NCBI RefSeq assembly: GCF_030684315.1
Contig: NC_081371.1
Location: forward strand, 41,670,390 to 41,734,389
DNA: 64,000 nucleotides
Direction: 5' to 3'
DNA from: Stegostoma tigrinum
Taxonomy: Eukaryota
In this document: positions 12,132-24,470 of the stretch, piece after piece
Position numbering within the stretch: position 1 is the stretch's first letter
Layout: each line of letters begins with the position of its first letter
Made by a program: the position numbers and the translations under genes
Notes under the pieces: generated by a model
Told to the model about the DNA's origin: nothing
Databases searched by the model: none
What the model saw: only the letters and a program-made list of their open reading frames with translations

Positions 12132-13593
12132 TGGGCTGGAGGCTCCCGAGATGGAATAGGAGGTGCTACGCCTCCAGTTCCCGGGTGGTGTCATTGTGAC
12201 ACTGGAAGAGGGTTAGGATGGACATGTCTTCCAAGGAGTGGGAGAGGGAGTTCAAATTGTTCACAATTAGAAGGTGTTGTCGTTTGTCGCGAACAGAGCG
12301 CAGATGCTTGACAAAATATCTCTGAGCCTCTGCTTGGTCTCACCGACGTAGAAGAGGCCACATTGGGAGGGTCAATGCAATAGACCACATTGACGGATGT
12401 CCAGGTGAATGTCTGTCTAATGTGGAATGTTTGTTTTGTACCTTAAATGGAGGTGAGGGGGAAGTGTAGGGGCAGGTGTAGTACTTCCTGCACCTGAAAT
12501 GAAAGGTGCCGGGGGGTGGTGGGGTTAGTGGGGAGTGTGGAGCAGATGAGGGAGTCGTGGAGAGAGTGATCCCTACGAAAGGCAGATAGGAGTGGGGAGA
12601 GAAATATATCTTTGGTTGTGGGGTTAGACTGTAGTTTGCGGAAGTGATAGAGAATGATATGTTGGATGCGGAGGTTGAAAGGGTGATATGTGAGGACAAG
12701 GGGATTCTGTCTTTATTTTTGTTGGGTATAGGGAATGTGAGAGCAGAGGTGCAGGAAATGCAAGAGATGCAGTTGAGGGCATTTCCAATATCTGGAGGGG
12801 AGAAGTTACCGCCTTTGAAATAGGAAGACATCTGGTTTGTGCAGGAGTGGAACGTCCCGTCTTGGGAGGAGACGCAGCGGAGGTGGAGGAATTAGGGTAA
12901 GCGATCGCATTCTTGAAGGAAGGTAGGTGAGAGGAGGTGCAGTCTAGGTAGCTGTGGGAGTCAGTGGGCTTGAAATATATGTCGGTTTTGGGGCGGCCTC
13001 CAGAGAAGGAGACAGAGAGGCCCAGGAAGGACAGGGAGGTATTGGAGATGGTCCAGCTGAATTTGAGGTGAAAGTTGTTCGTAAAGTTGATAAACTGTTC
13101 AAGCTCCTTGTGGGAACATGAGGCAGTGCTGATAAAGTCATCAATGTAGCGGAAGAAGAGACTGGGGTTAGCGCCAGTGTGGCAGAGGAAGAGGGGATGT
13201 TCCACATGTCCTCCGAAGAGGTAGGCATATGGGCCCATGCAGGTGCCCATTGCCACTCCCTTAGTCTGTAGGAAGTGGGAGGAACTGAAAGAGAAGTTGT
13301 TCAGGGTAAGGACGAGTTTGGGTAAGCAAATAAAGGTATCGGTGGAGGTTGACTGGTTGGGCTTGCAGAAACGAAAGAAACAGAAGGTTTTTACCCCATT
13401 CCATCTACCTTCCCCAGCCCCACCCCTCCCCTCTCTATTTATTTCTGAGCTGCCTGCTCCCTCCCCATTCCTGAAGGAGGGTCCCGACCCGAAACATCAA
13501 CCTTCTTGCCTCTCTGATGCTACCTGGTCTGCTTATGTTCCTCCAGCTCCACACTGTGTTATCTCTAACCCCAGCATCGACAGTTCTTACTAT
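12132..13593. mobile_element. Penelope-like element with internal inversion (RT/GIY-YIG on minus 12132-13390; pLTR on plus ~13395-13593)
   Basis: ORFs 12624-13256 (MAMGTCMGP, FFRYIDD) and 12340-12831. Plus-strand terminal repeat with CTGAAGGA-GGGTcccgACCC-GAAACATC. Flanking ctttaaat at 12124-12131 and 13594-13601. Confidence 0.85.
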
Positions 13594-15139
13594 CTTTAAA
13601 TCCTTTCTTCTATGAGCTTCTAATCAGCCAATTGGCAATTTTTTTACCACCCGCATCTTTGCCATTTTCTTCTTTGTTTGTTCCACCTGTCTAAATTGGC
13701 ATCACAAGCTTTCATTCCTGTCTCAATGTAGGATACTTTGGCAGCTGTAAGAAACTCTAGCCAGTGAATAATGTTAGAATTCATTTTAATCCAGAGCTCA
13801 AGTATTTGGACTTGCTTCCAATGGCAGGAATTAATATGTGAAAGATACCACAGTATGGTGTAACCATGTTTAAACAATGCCTTACTTAGACTCTCATTAT
13901 GATATCAGAGGTGTAGGTTTAATCTGAATGTTACCAAGTTTAAAATGAAACTTGCAGAACATCAAAAGAAATCCATTCCTATTTCTTGACAAGCAGTAAT
14001 GAAGAAAAAAAAAGCTGGTTTTAATTAAACCCACCTGTAATATCATTTAAATCAGTCATTCACATCTTGTTCTATCTTCACATTGCAATGAACCTCTTAG
14101 AGGCCACTTCAGTGTTTAATCAGAACTTTGGAACTCTTGTGATTTCTGGAGATGTCAGTTAGATTTCCATGTGAGTGATGTTACTGCCCAGGTCAAACCA
14201 GTTCAGGTATTAGTCATCTTAGCAATTACCCATTGATTAAACATTAAAGCACTCAGCTAATATTTTGATACCAGAAAGAAAATGAAGATTAGAACATTTG
14301 GCCAAGTGACAAAATGCAAGCTAAGTAATTTATTATTTTTCTGAAATGCCTTTAAAATTATATCTGAACATCTGTCTCTGAAGTCCAGTTATGTGTGTAT
14401 AAAAAGGTACCTCTGATGGATTTTTAAGATACTTGCAACACACAAACAGATCTTTCAACTCAACAGGACCTTTTCAATGTTCATGCTCCACATGCACAGT
14501 CCTCCACACATCATTCTGTATCTATCCCCACTAGTATTTTCTTCTATTTCATTCTCACCCAGGTGTTTATTTTTCTTCCCCTTGAAATATATCTATAATA
14601 TTCACCTCAACTATTCCTTGTGGTTGTGATTTTCATAGTCAAACAACTTTCTAGCCGAAGAAATTTCTCCTGAATTCTGATGGATTTGTCGGTGATTAGT
14701 GATCGTAATAAATAAGGTGATTCACAATAAGACAACTCTACCTCTCAACCTTAAAAGTTATATTTTTGCATATACCAAGTGTTTAAGTGTTTGATCTTCT
14801 TTTCAACCATTTTCTTATCCTGCTCACGATCAGCCGGTTTTTCACCACAAAGCTACATGTATAACTGGGTGTGAGCACTCAAGCAGCTGATTCAAGTTTG
14901 TGCTACAAAGTTGCACAGGAGCTTAAATTACAACCATTTAGGGCAGACCCCCCCCTAGTAAGTGGAAAAGATGATGGCCATCAAACCCTTGCAGTGGATT
15001 CTCGACGATTTCAAATATCAACTTACAGGTTGACATCTTCAGTCTGTTATTCTTCTGGTCCTCAGTTCTATCCTTGCCTGCATGGGGAAACTCACACCTG
15101 GCATCAACCTTGGCACCGAAAATTATAATGGCAGAAAAC

Positions 15140-16200
15140 CCCTGTCAACCCAGAAAAGTCCTTTTCACTAACATCTATTGACTGTGCCAAAATTGGGAGA
15201 GCTGTCTCAGAGGCTTAGTCAAGCAACAGACTGATATTTTCATAGTCATGGAATAATCCCTTACAGATGATGTCCAGACACCATGATCCACAGATATGTC
15301 CCAACCCTCTGGCAGGACAGACCCAGCAGAGGTGGTAGCATAGTGGTATGTAGTCAGGAGGGACTTTGCCTGACAGATCTCAACATTGACTCTGGACCCC
15401 ATGAAGTCTCATGGCTTCAGTTTAAACATGGGCAAGGAAATCTCCTGCTGATTAACACCTACTATTGTTCTACAGCTGGTGAATCAATACTCCTCCATGT
15501 TGAACAACACTTGAAGGAAATACTGATGATGGTAAGGACACAGAATGACTCTGGGTGGAGGATTTCAATGCCCACTACCAAGGGTGGTTTTGCAGTAGCA
15601 CCACTGATGAAGCTGGTCAAGTCTTAAAGGACATGATTGCTAGACTGTGTCTATTGCAAATGGAGTACCAATTCAACCTCATTCTGACCAATCTTACTGT
15701 CACTGATGCATCTGTCCACAACAAATGAGTAAGAATGACCAGAACACAATTCTTATGGAATTGAAGTCCTGATTTTACATTGAGAATACATTCCACCACA
15801 TTGTGTGGCAGTATCACTGCGCTAAATGGGGTGGATTTAGAAAAAGTCTAGCAACTCAAGCCATGCTGTGGGCCATCAACAGCAGTAGAATCATGCTTGA
15901 AGACAATCTGCAACCTCATGGCAACTTCATCCCCAGTCAACCATTATCAACAAGACGCAGCAACAATCCTGGTTTAATGGAAAATGGAGGAGCATAACCC
16001 TGGAATAGCACCATGCATACCTAAAAATGAGTTGTCAATCTGGTGAGGCTACCAGAATATATTTCAAGGGGACTATTTGTGTGTTAAACAGCAGAAGCAG
16101 CAAGTGATAGACAGAGCTAAATGACTCCACAACCGACAGATCAGACCTTAGCTTTGCAGTCCTGCCACATCCTACCATATGGGCCATGGACAAATAAACA
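15140..16200 (+). mobile_element. Non-LTR retrotransposon APE-endonuclease region (decayed)
   Basis: ORF 15283-15627 contains QDRPSRGGSIVV...LNIDSGPHEVSWLQFKHGQGNLLL. Confidence 0.75.
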
Positions 16201-16209
16201 ACTCACTTG

Positions 16210-17271
16210 GCTCTCCTGGCTGAAGATTGTTGCAAAAGCTTCAGCTAATATTTTGCACTGTTGTGATGGGTACTTCCAACACTGAGGATGGGGATATTTG
16301 TGGAGCCTCCTCCTCCAGTGAGTTTTTTAATTGTCCACCACCATTCATGACTGGATGTGGCAGGACTGCAGAGCTTAGATGTAATCCATTCATTGTGGGA
16401 TTGCTTAGCTCTGTCTAACACTTGCTGTTTACGCTATTTGACATGCAACCAGTCCTGTTTGGTGATTCACCAGTTTATGCCTCATCTTCAGGTATGCCTG
16501 GTACTGCCCTGGCATGCCCTCCTGCACTCTCCATCGAACCAGGACTGATCCTCTGACTTGATGCTAATGAGTTGAGAAGTGGATATGTCAGGCTATGAGG
16601 TTACAGATTACGCTATGGTAAATTCTGCTGCGGTTGATGCATCACAGCATGGATGCCGGGTTGGAGTTGCTAGATCTGTGTTAAGTCATTCCTATTTAGA
16701 ATGGTGATAGTGCCACACAACAAATAGAGGTTTTTTTCAACGTGAAGGTGGGCCTTCGTCTGCACAAGGACTGTACAGTGGTTGCTCTTATTGACACTGC
16801 CATGGACAGGTGCTTCTGCAACTGACAGATTAGTAAGCATGAAGTCAAGTATGTTTTTCCCTCTTGTTGGTTCCCTCATCACTTGCCATAGGCACAGTCT
16901 AACAGCTATGTCCTTTAGGACCTGGCTAATTTGACCAGTAATACTGCTCCAAGCCACTCTTGGTGGTGGACGTTGAAACCCCCAGCCAGAGCACATGTTG
17001 TGACCATGACAACATCTGTGCTTCCTCTAAGTGTTATTCAACATGGTAGAGTACCGATTCCTCAGCTGAGGGAGGATAGCATGTTGTAATCAGCACAAGG
17101 TTTCCTCGTTTATGTTCAACCTGGAGACACAAGACTTCATTCGGGGTCCACAGTCAATATTGAAGTCTCCTAGTGCAACTCCCTCCTGACTGTATACCAC
17201 TATACCAGCACTTCTGCCGGGTCTGTCCTGCCATTGGGACAAAGTGTATCCAGGGATTTTGATGGTGGTAT
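16210..17271 (-). mobile_element. Second copy of the same APE-LINE family, opposite strand
   Basis: ORFs 17090-17353 (IPGYTLSQWQDRPGRSAGIVVYSQEG) and 16670-16996 (EPTRGKNILDFMLTN). Confidence 0.75.
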
Positions 17272-18008
17272 CAGAGATAATTGGACCTGCAAATACTGGA
17301 GAATCCAAATCACAAGGTGTAGAGCTGGCTGAACACAGAAGGCCAAGCAGCATCTTAGGAGCAGGAAAGCTGACGTTTTGGGCCTAGACCCTTCATCAGA
17401 AATGGGGGAGGGGAAGAGGGTTCTGAAACAAATAGGGAGAGAGGGCGGATTGGATAGAGGATAGGGAGGATGGACAGATCAAGGGGGCGGGATGAGGTTA
17501 GTAGGTAGTTTCCCTCACCTTCCTCGGCCTCTCTGTCTCTATCTCGGGCAATCACCTAGAAACCGATATCCATTTCGAGCCCACCGACTCCCACAGCTAC
17601 CTAGAATACACCTCCTCCCACACACCTTCCTGCAAAAATGCCATCCTCTATTCCCCATTCCTTTGCCTCCACCACATCTGCTCCCAGGATGAAGCATTCC
17701 ACTCCTGTGCAACTCAGATGTCCTCGTTTTTCAAGGACCACAACTTCCCACCACAATGGTCAAGAACGCCCTCGACTATGTCTCCCGCATTTCCTGCAAC
17801 ACATGCTTTGCACCCCATTCCCGCAATAACAACCATAAAAGAACCCCCTGTCCTCACATATCCCCCCACCAACCTTTGGATCCAACGCATCATCCTCCAA
17901 CACTTCCACCATCTGCAATCTGACCTCACCACCAAAGACATTTTTCCCTCCCCATCCTTCTCTGCTTTCCGGAGGGACCACTCTCTCTGTGACTTCCTTG
18001 TACGCTCC
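17272..18008. mobile_element. Penelope-like element with inversion (pLTR on minus 17272-17508; RT C-terminus on plus 17509-18008), cut off by CR1
   Basis: pLTR is highly similar to 5153-5300, with minus-strand CTGATGAAGGGTCTAGGCCCAAAACGTC. Plus ORF 17718-18098 has TYPPTNLWIQRIILQHFHHLQSD...SAFRRDHSL. Confidence 0.85.
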
Positions 18009-18009
18009 A

Positions 18010-20909
18010 GGGTTGAAGGATTGAAGTGTGTCTCTTTTAACGCAAGAAGGGTCAGAAATTGTGGGCCGAAGGGCCTGTACTGTGCTGTACTTTTCTAGAT
18101 AAGGGCGATGAACTTAGAGCATGGATCAGTACTTGGAGCTATAATGTTATGGCCAGAATGGAGACTTGGATACCATAGGCACAGGATTAGTTGTTGGATG
18201 TTCCGGGGTTTAACTGTTTCAAAAGAAATAGGGAGAGAGGTAAACGAGGTGGGGGAGTGGCATTGCTAATCAGGGATGCTATCACAGCTGCAGAAAGGGA
18301 GGTCTTTGAGCAGGGTTTTTCTACTGAGTCAATATGGGTAAGTCAGAAACAGGAAAGGAGTAGTTAATTTACTGGGAGTTTTCTATAAACCCTCCCAATA
18401 GCATCAGAGGCACTGAGGAATAGGTTGGGTGACAGACTATGGAAATGTGCAGAAATAATAGGGCAGTTGTCATGGGTGACTCCAACTTCTCTAAAATCAA
18501 TTGGAACCTCCTAAGTGCAAACAATTTGGATGGAGCAGATTTTGTCAGGGATGTCCAGGAAGAATTTCTGACGCAATATGCAGATAGGCCAACTAGAGGG
18601 GAGACCATATTGGATTCAGTACTTGGCAACGAACCAGGCCAGGTGTCAGATCCCTTGGTGGGAGTGCATTTTGGGGATAGTGATCACAATTCCCTGACCT
18701 TTACTGTAGTCATGAAGAGGGATAGGAGCAAACTGTATGGGAAAGTATTTAATTGGGGGAGGGGGAATTACAGTGCTATGAGGCAAGAACTGTGGACCAT
18801 AAATTGGGAACAGATTTTCTCAGGAAAATACATGACAGAAATGTGTAAGTTTTTAAGGAGCACTTACTACAAGCGCTGGATAGGTTTGTCCAACTGAGGC
18901 AAGGAAGGGATGGTAAGATGCAGGAACCTTTGATGACAAGACGCGAAGAACATCTAGTTAAGAGGAAGAAGCAAGCTTACTTAAGGTTGAGGAAGCAAGG
19001 ATTGGACAGGGCTCTAGAGGGTTACAAGGTAGCCAGGAAGGAACTGAAGAATGGATGCAAAAGAGCTAGAAGGGGGCTTGAAATAGTCTTGGTGGGTAGG
19101 TTTAAGGAAAATCCCAAAGCATTCTATTCTTATATGAGGGACAAGAGAATGGCCAGAGTGAGGGTAGGGCCGGTCAGGGATAGTAGAGGAAACATATGCC
19201 TGGAGTTGGAGGAGGTAGGGGAGGTCCTTAATGAATATTTTGCTTCAGTATTTACCAGTGAGATGGACATTGAACGATTGTGAGGGCAGCTTGAAACAAG
19301 CTGATATGCTTGAACAAGTTGATATTAAGAAGGAGGATATGCTAGAAATTTTGAAAAACATGAGGATAGATAAGTCACCTGGGCCAGATGGGATATACCC
19401 AAGTTTGCCATGGGAAGTGAGGGAAGAGATTGCTGTGCCTTTGGCAATGATCTCTGTGTCCTCACTGTCCACTGGAGTAGTGCCAGATAATTGGAGGGTG
19501 CAATTGTTATTCCCTTGTTCAAGAAAGGGAGTAGGGATAATCCTGGGAATTACAGATCAGTCAGTCTTACTTCTGTGGTGGGCAAATTATCAGAGAGGAT
19601 TTTGATAGATAGTATTTATAATTATTTGGAAAAGCATAGTTTGATTAGAAATAGTCAGCATGGCTCTGTGAGGGGCAGGTCATGCCTCACAAGCCTTATT
19701 GAATTCTTTGAGGATGTGACAAAACACATTGATGAATGTAGAGCAGTGGGTGTGGTAAATATGGATTTTAGCAAAGCATCTGATAAGGTTCTTCGTGGTA
19801 TGTTGATTCAAAAAGTAAGGAGGCATAGGATTCAGGGAAATGTGTCTGTCCGGATACAGAATTGGCTTCCCAAAAGAAGACAAAGGATGGTAGTAGATGG
19901 AAAGTATTCAGCCTGGAGCTCAGTGACCAGTGGTGTTCCACAGGGATCTGCTCTGGGACCCCTGCTCTTTGTGATCTTCATAAATGACTTGGATAAGGGA
20001 GTAGAAGGGTGGGTTAGTAAGTTTGCTGATGACACAAAGGTTGGTGAAGTTGTGAATAGTGTGGAGAGCTTTTGTAGTTTGCAATGGGACATTGACAGGA
20101 TGCAGAGCTAGATAAATAAGTGGCAGGTGGAATTCAACCTGGAAAAGTGTGAAGGTTGAATTTGAATGCATAATACAACATTAATGGCAGGATTCTTGGC
20201 AGTGTGGAGGAACAGAGGGATCTTGGGGTCCATGTCCATAGATCCCTCAAAGTTACTACCCAAGTTGATGAGTTGTAAAGAAGACGTTTGGTGTGCTGGC
20301 TTTCATTAGCAGTGGGATTGAGTTTAGGAGCCACAAGGTTATGCTGTAGCTCTATAAAACTGTGGTTAGACCACACTTGGAATATTGTGTTCAGTTCTGG
20401 TTGCCTCATTATAGGAAGGATGTGGAAGCTTTAGAGAGGGTGCAGAGGAGATTTACCAGGATGCTGCCTGGACTGGAGGCCAGATCTTATGGGGAAAGAT
20501 TGAGGGAGCTAGGGCTTTTCTCACTGGAGCGAAGAAGGATGAGAGGTGACTTGATAGAGTTGTACAAGATGATAAGAGGCATAGATAGAGTGGGTAGCCA
20601 GAGACTTTTTCCCAGTACGGAAGTGTCTATTACAAGGGGACATAATTTTAAGGTGATTGGAGGAAGGTATAGGGGAGATTTCAGATAGGTTTTTTGCACA
20701 GAGAGTGGTGGGTGCATAGAATGCACTGCCAGTGGTGGTAGCGGAGTCAGCCAAATTAGGGACATTTAAGTGACTTTTGGATATGTTCATGGGTGATAAT
20801 AAAATGAAGGGTATGCAGGTTATTTTGACCTTCGAGTAGGATAATAAGTTGGTGCAACATCATGGGTCAAAGGACCTATACTGTGCTGTACTGCTCTATG
20901 CTCTATGTT
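18010..20909 (+). mobile_element. CR1 (HER1-type) LINE, near-complete decayed ORF2 (APE + RT) and 3'UTR
   Basis: LKCVSFNAR, VVMGDSN, KSPGPDGIYP, PGNYRSVSLTS, GVPQGSALGP, SKFADD, RPHLEYCVQFW. Tail ctgtgctgtactgctctatgctctatg. Multiple stops and frameshifts. Confidence 0.95.
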
Positions 20910-22260
20910 GATGAAAAGCAATACATCACAGACTGTTTTACACATTCCTCATCTTTGCATCACCCAGTTTCAGTTAAGCTTTTGAGTTATTTTTGGCCAT
21001 CATGTCTTGTTTACATTTAACTAACAAATTGCAAGTGACTGCTTTTTGGGGCATTTAATTGTGTGCACTTAATTCTTCAGTGCTGTATTTTATTACTACT
21101 TTCTATTTTGCGATGATGGAGTGTATAGTTGTTTAATTTTTATTCAAATATTTTCACAGTAAGTATTTTCATTACAATTTGTGACATTGATAAATATAAG
21201 AATTTAAATTAATTTAGGTTAAATGCTGAAATGATTCAAAAACATTGCCTTTATTCAAGAATGCATTAATAAAGAGAAACTTTGCAAACCAATAACATAG
21301 ATTCACCATTATTCTAGAAGAATGTCTATCAGTACTCACAACTATACTGTAGAAAATGTGACAGCAACTTCTCATGTCCGTTTGAACAGTTAAATAGAGA
21401 AACCCAGAAGAAATAGCCTGCCCTTCTACACAGTGCACTGTTGCAATTGTCACTCATAGTTTCAACATTGAAATAATTGAACCTGCAAGATGTTGGAGTA
21501 ATTGGCCTCAAGTTCTACATTAAAATTGGCTGATAAAGTAGGGTTACTTTATACAGAAGTAAATGAGATTTTAATGGCGTAATGAGGATAAATTATTGCT
21601 GAACAAACTCTTCAGTCATGTAAATCTAATTCTATAAGTGTTTCATTCCCTCCAAAGAAAATTCCTGTCAGAGATTGTAAAAACAATTCTTTATTGCTTT
21701 AAACTCTGTATCTCTTACCCCATTCTCTAAATTTCATCTTTATTTCCCTTCTTGGTTTAGAGTCTGGCTGACTCAGTAAGGACCCTTCATGTTAGCTAAG
21801 AACCCATCTGTTGCTTCCCTGTTTACAAACTCAACCAAGGTGGTACAGAGAGTGTGAGACTGGAAAGGACACTGGGCTCAATTTTACCAAGAATCAGCTG
21901 AAAGTAAATTTTATCAAGTTGCAGGAAGAGCTTCTCTCTGGGGGGCCTCAGAAGATTTCTCACGTCATTTTCATTATCTTGTCTCATTACAATGGATTAC
22001 TGATGCAAAAGTCCCAATGACAGCCCCTCATCATATCCTCCTTCTTCTACATCTGGAAGCATTTGCCACTATGGGGATCTGTCAGGATTTTAGGTGCCAG
22101 TGCCATCTTTAAAGCTCAGCCATGAATCTGGTAAATGGTTGCCAGCCAGGGATTGTCCTTCACCAGGCAAGGATTGGGAGGGAAAATGAAAAGAAAAGCT
22201 TCTTCGGCAACATTGGTGGAAAGCTAAAATGTCAATGCACATGCAAGTGCACATTCTGAC

Positions 22261-22874
22261 TGTTGTGGGCCACACCAAACCCCCTCAAAATATTTTAACA
22301 AGGTACCTCAGAACCAGCCCTTCCTTATTTTAAAGGTAAATATAAGATGTTGTGTTCCAGATGCAATTCAATTGGTCAAACCACTCAATTTTAAGCAAAA
22401 CACATTTTGCTTTTAGATAACAGTTAAAATACAGACATAATAAAAATAAAGGAATTGGGCTTAACTGTATCTCTTTTGAACAAAATAATATATATAATCT
22501 ACTAATTAACTGTGCCAATGCACTAACATCCCATAAACATACCTTTAGCAAAGCAAATTCAGTAACATAGATTGTCTCATATGCAATTCTAGAAACAAGA
22601 AGAGAGCCCCGGCTTTTAGCGGAAACAGAAAAAGGAATAACAACTTCCACATTCAGCTTTAAAACACCAGCAATGGCTGAAAGCTGAAAATCCTGGTTCT
22701 CTGGAAGCTTAACTCTACCCATTCAGGCTGTTTCTATTATTCCAGCTTTTTAAAAAAAGTGCCTCACAAGCTATTTACTTTGTTAGGTTTGCAAAGGCCA
22801 CTTGGTAACTCTACCTCAACCTTTCTTCATTTAAAAGTACAAAATACACTTCTTAAAGCCATAGTGTTATCACA
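22261..22874 (-). mobile_element. Solo LTR (614 bp), same family as 1214-1831
   Basis: Termini TGTTGTG...ATCACA. Reverse complement aligns to 1214-1831 (e.g. cccctcaaaatatt, cttattttaaagg, agatgcaatt). Flanks ctgac/cttac. Confidence 0.7.
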
Positions 22875-23739
22875 CTTACAAACATTGTTATTTAGAAACT
22901 AACCTACACAGATTATCCATCCTTAGCCATTTTAGAACCATGCATTAGTAGGTGCTATTATTTCCCCAATACCAATTACACTCTCCTTGCTTGACTTGGA
23001 AGCAGATAAGTAATGGGACCAGGCAACATTCATATCACATACAAATGATGATTCAGTACACTCCTCTATTCAATGTGACATGAAGGACTTCAACAAGGTG
23101 GGCAATAGGGTACTGTTACATTAGACGTTGACATAGGGGTCTTATTCTAATGAATGCTAAACAAGCCATGTAGCAGGAAATCACAAGTGCCATATAACTA
23201 CTGATACCTTGTCCCCTCCAAGCACATTCCCAATATTACCCTAGAAAGGTAGCCTTGCAGGAAGGAGCATGTTGGCAAACGTTCACAGTACAAGCTGAAA
23301 GGAACTTAGTTCCATGTCATTGTACAGTCAATGAGACTTACTCTGCCCGCTCCAGAGATAGTCTCAACATTTTCCATTTGCAGTGCATATTTATAAGTAT
23401 GGAAGGCAATGCAACTCATAGTTGGCTCAACGTAGTATTCAAGGACCTCCCCCCACCAAATCTCCATGCTCCTTTTTCTTCCTGGCACTCCCCATGATCC
23501 CCTTCAGTACTGAGTTTCTAAACAACCCTGCACATTTCTTTGAAGCAGAACTACATCTTTCAATGTTACACCTGAGGTGTGGTCCTACAGCTTAGCCTTA
23601 CCATCCATCAATCAACCCTGATTCCCTGTCAAGGCCAGAGTGGTGGTGACAGTTGATGACTCCCTCACCCTCATCACCCCTTAACCATCCTTAGCAACCC
23701 ATGTCCTCCAATGCAATATCATCTCCTAATCTTTCAGCT

Positions 23740-24470
23740 TCTCCCCATACAAAATTATTGCCCCCTGTGCATCACAATATGCTGCATCCAATCCCCACAA
23801 TCGATTTCCCTACTGCAGCACTGGCCCCCGATAACTCCCTTCGACTTTCATTGGGCAGACATCTGTAGTCCACCCTTAATTGACACAGTGGATAGCCCCA
23901 ACTGATGTGTGACTGGACCGTTGAACAATCAGTATGCACCTCCCCAAATGACTTACCATGACTCTCTGGACGGGTTGCATTGGACCTGTAGGACTGACAA
24001 TGGTTTTCTCCCTGAACAATCGTAAAATGCATCCCATGACCCTGGATGTCCAATGTGATTGACCGATGTTGCCTAATCCCCAGGACTGATAGCAAATGGT
24101 GCCGCTGATTTACGATGCTGGGAACAATGATTGAAAGTTTTTTTTACCATTTGGCTTTACTGAAGAGTATTCCCCTGAGACTTTGGCCATCATACAAATG
24201 CAATGTGTTTGTCACATACTCTGTTGATGCACAGTGTAGATGCGAGACTGAAGTAGAGTAATGTCATATGATGACATATCCCCAACCCTTGACTGATCAG
24301 TGCTGTCAACTATGATCAACTGCCTGGTTTTGTGTCTACTCTAAAAGGTAAGGCAAAACAGAAGCCTTTAGGTTCTGGCTGATGGGACAAAACACAAAAA
24401 GGTAAGGCAAGGCAAAGATGCTGTCAGCATCTAAAGAGGCACAGAATATGTGAGCACTATGAGAGCAAAC
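23740..24470 (-). pseudogene. Highly decayed PIF/Harbinger transposase remnant
   Basis: Minus strand encodes HPGSWDAF (cf. the Harbinger PGSxHDA motif) and a downstream SG..VLQ-like segment, with many indels. Confidence 0.5.
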
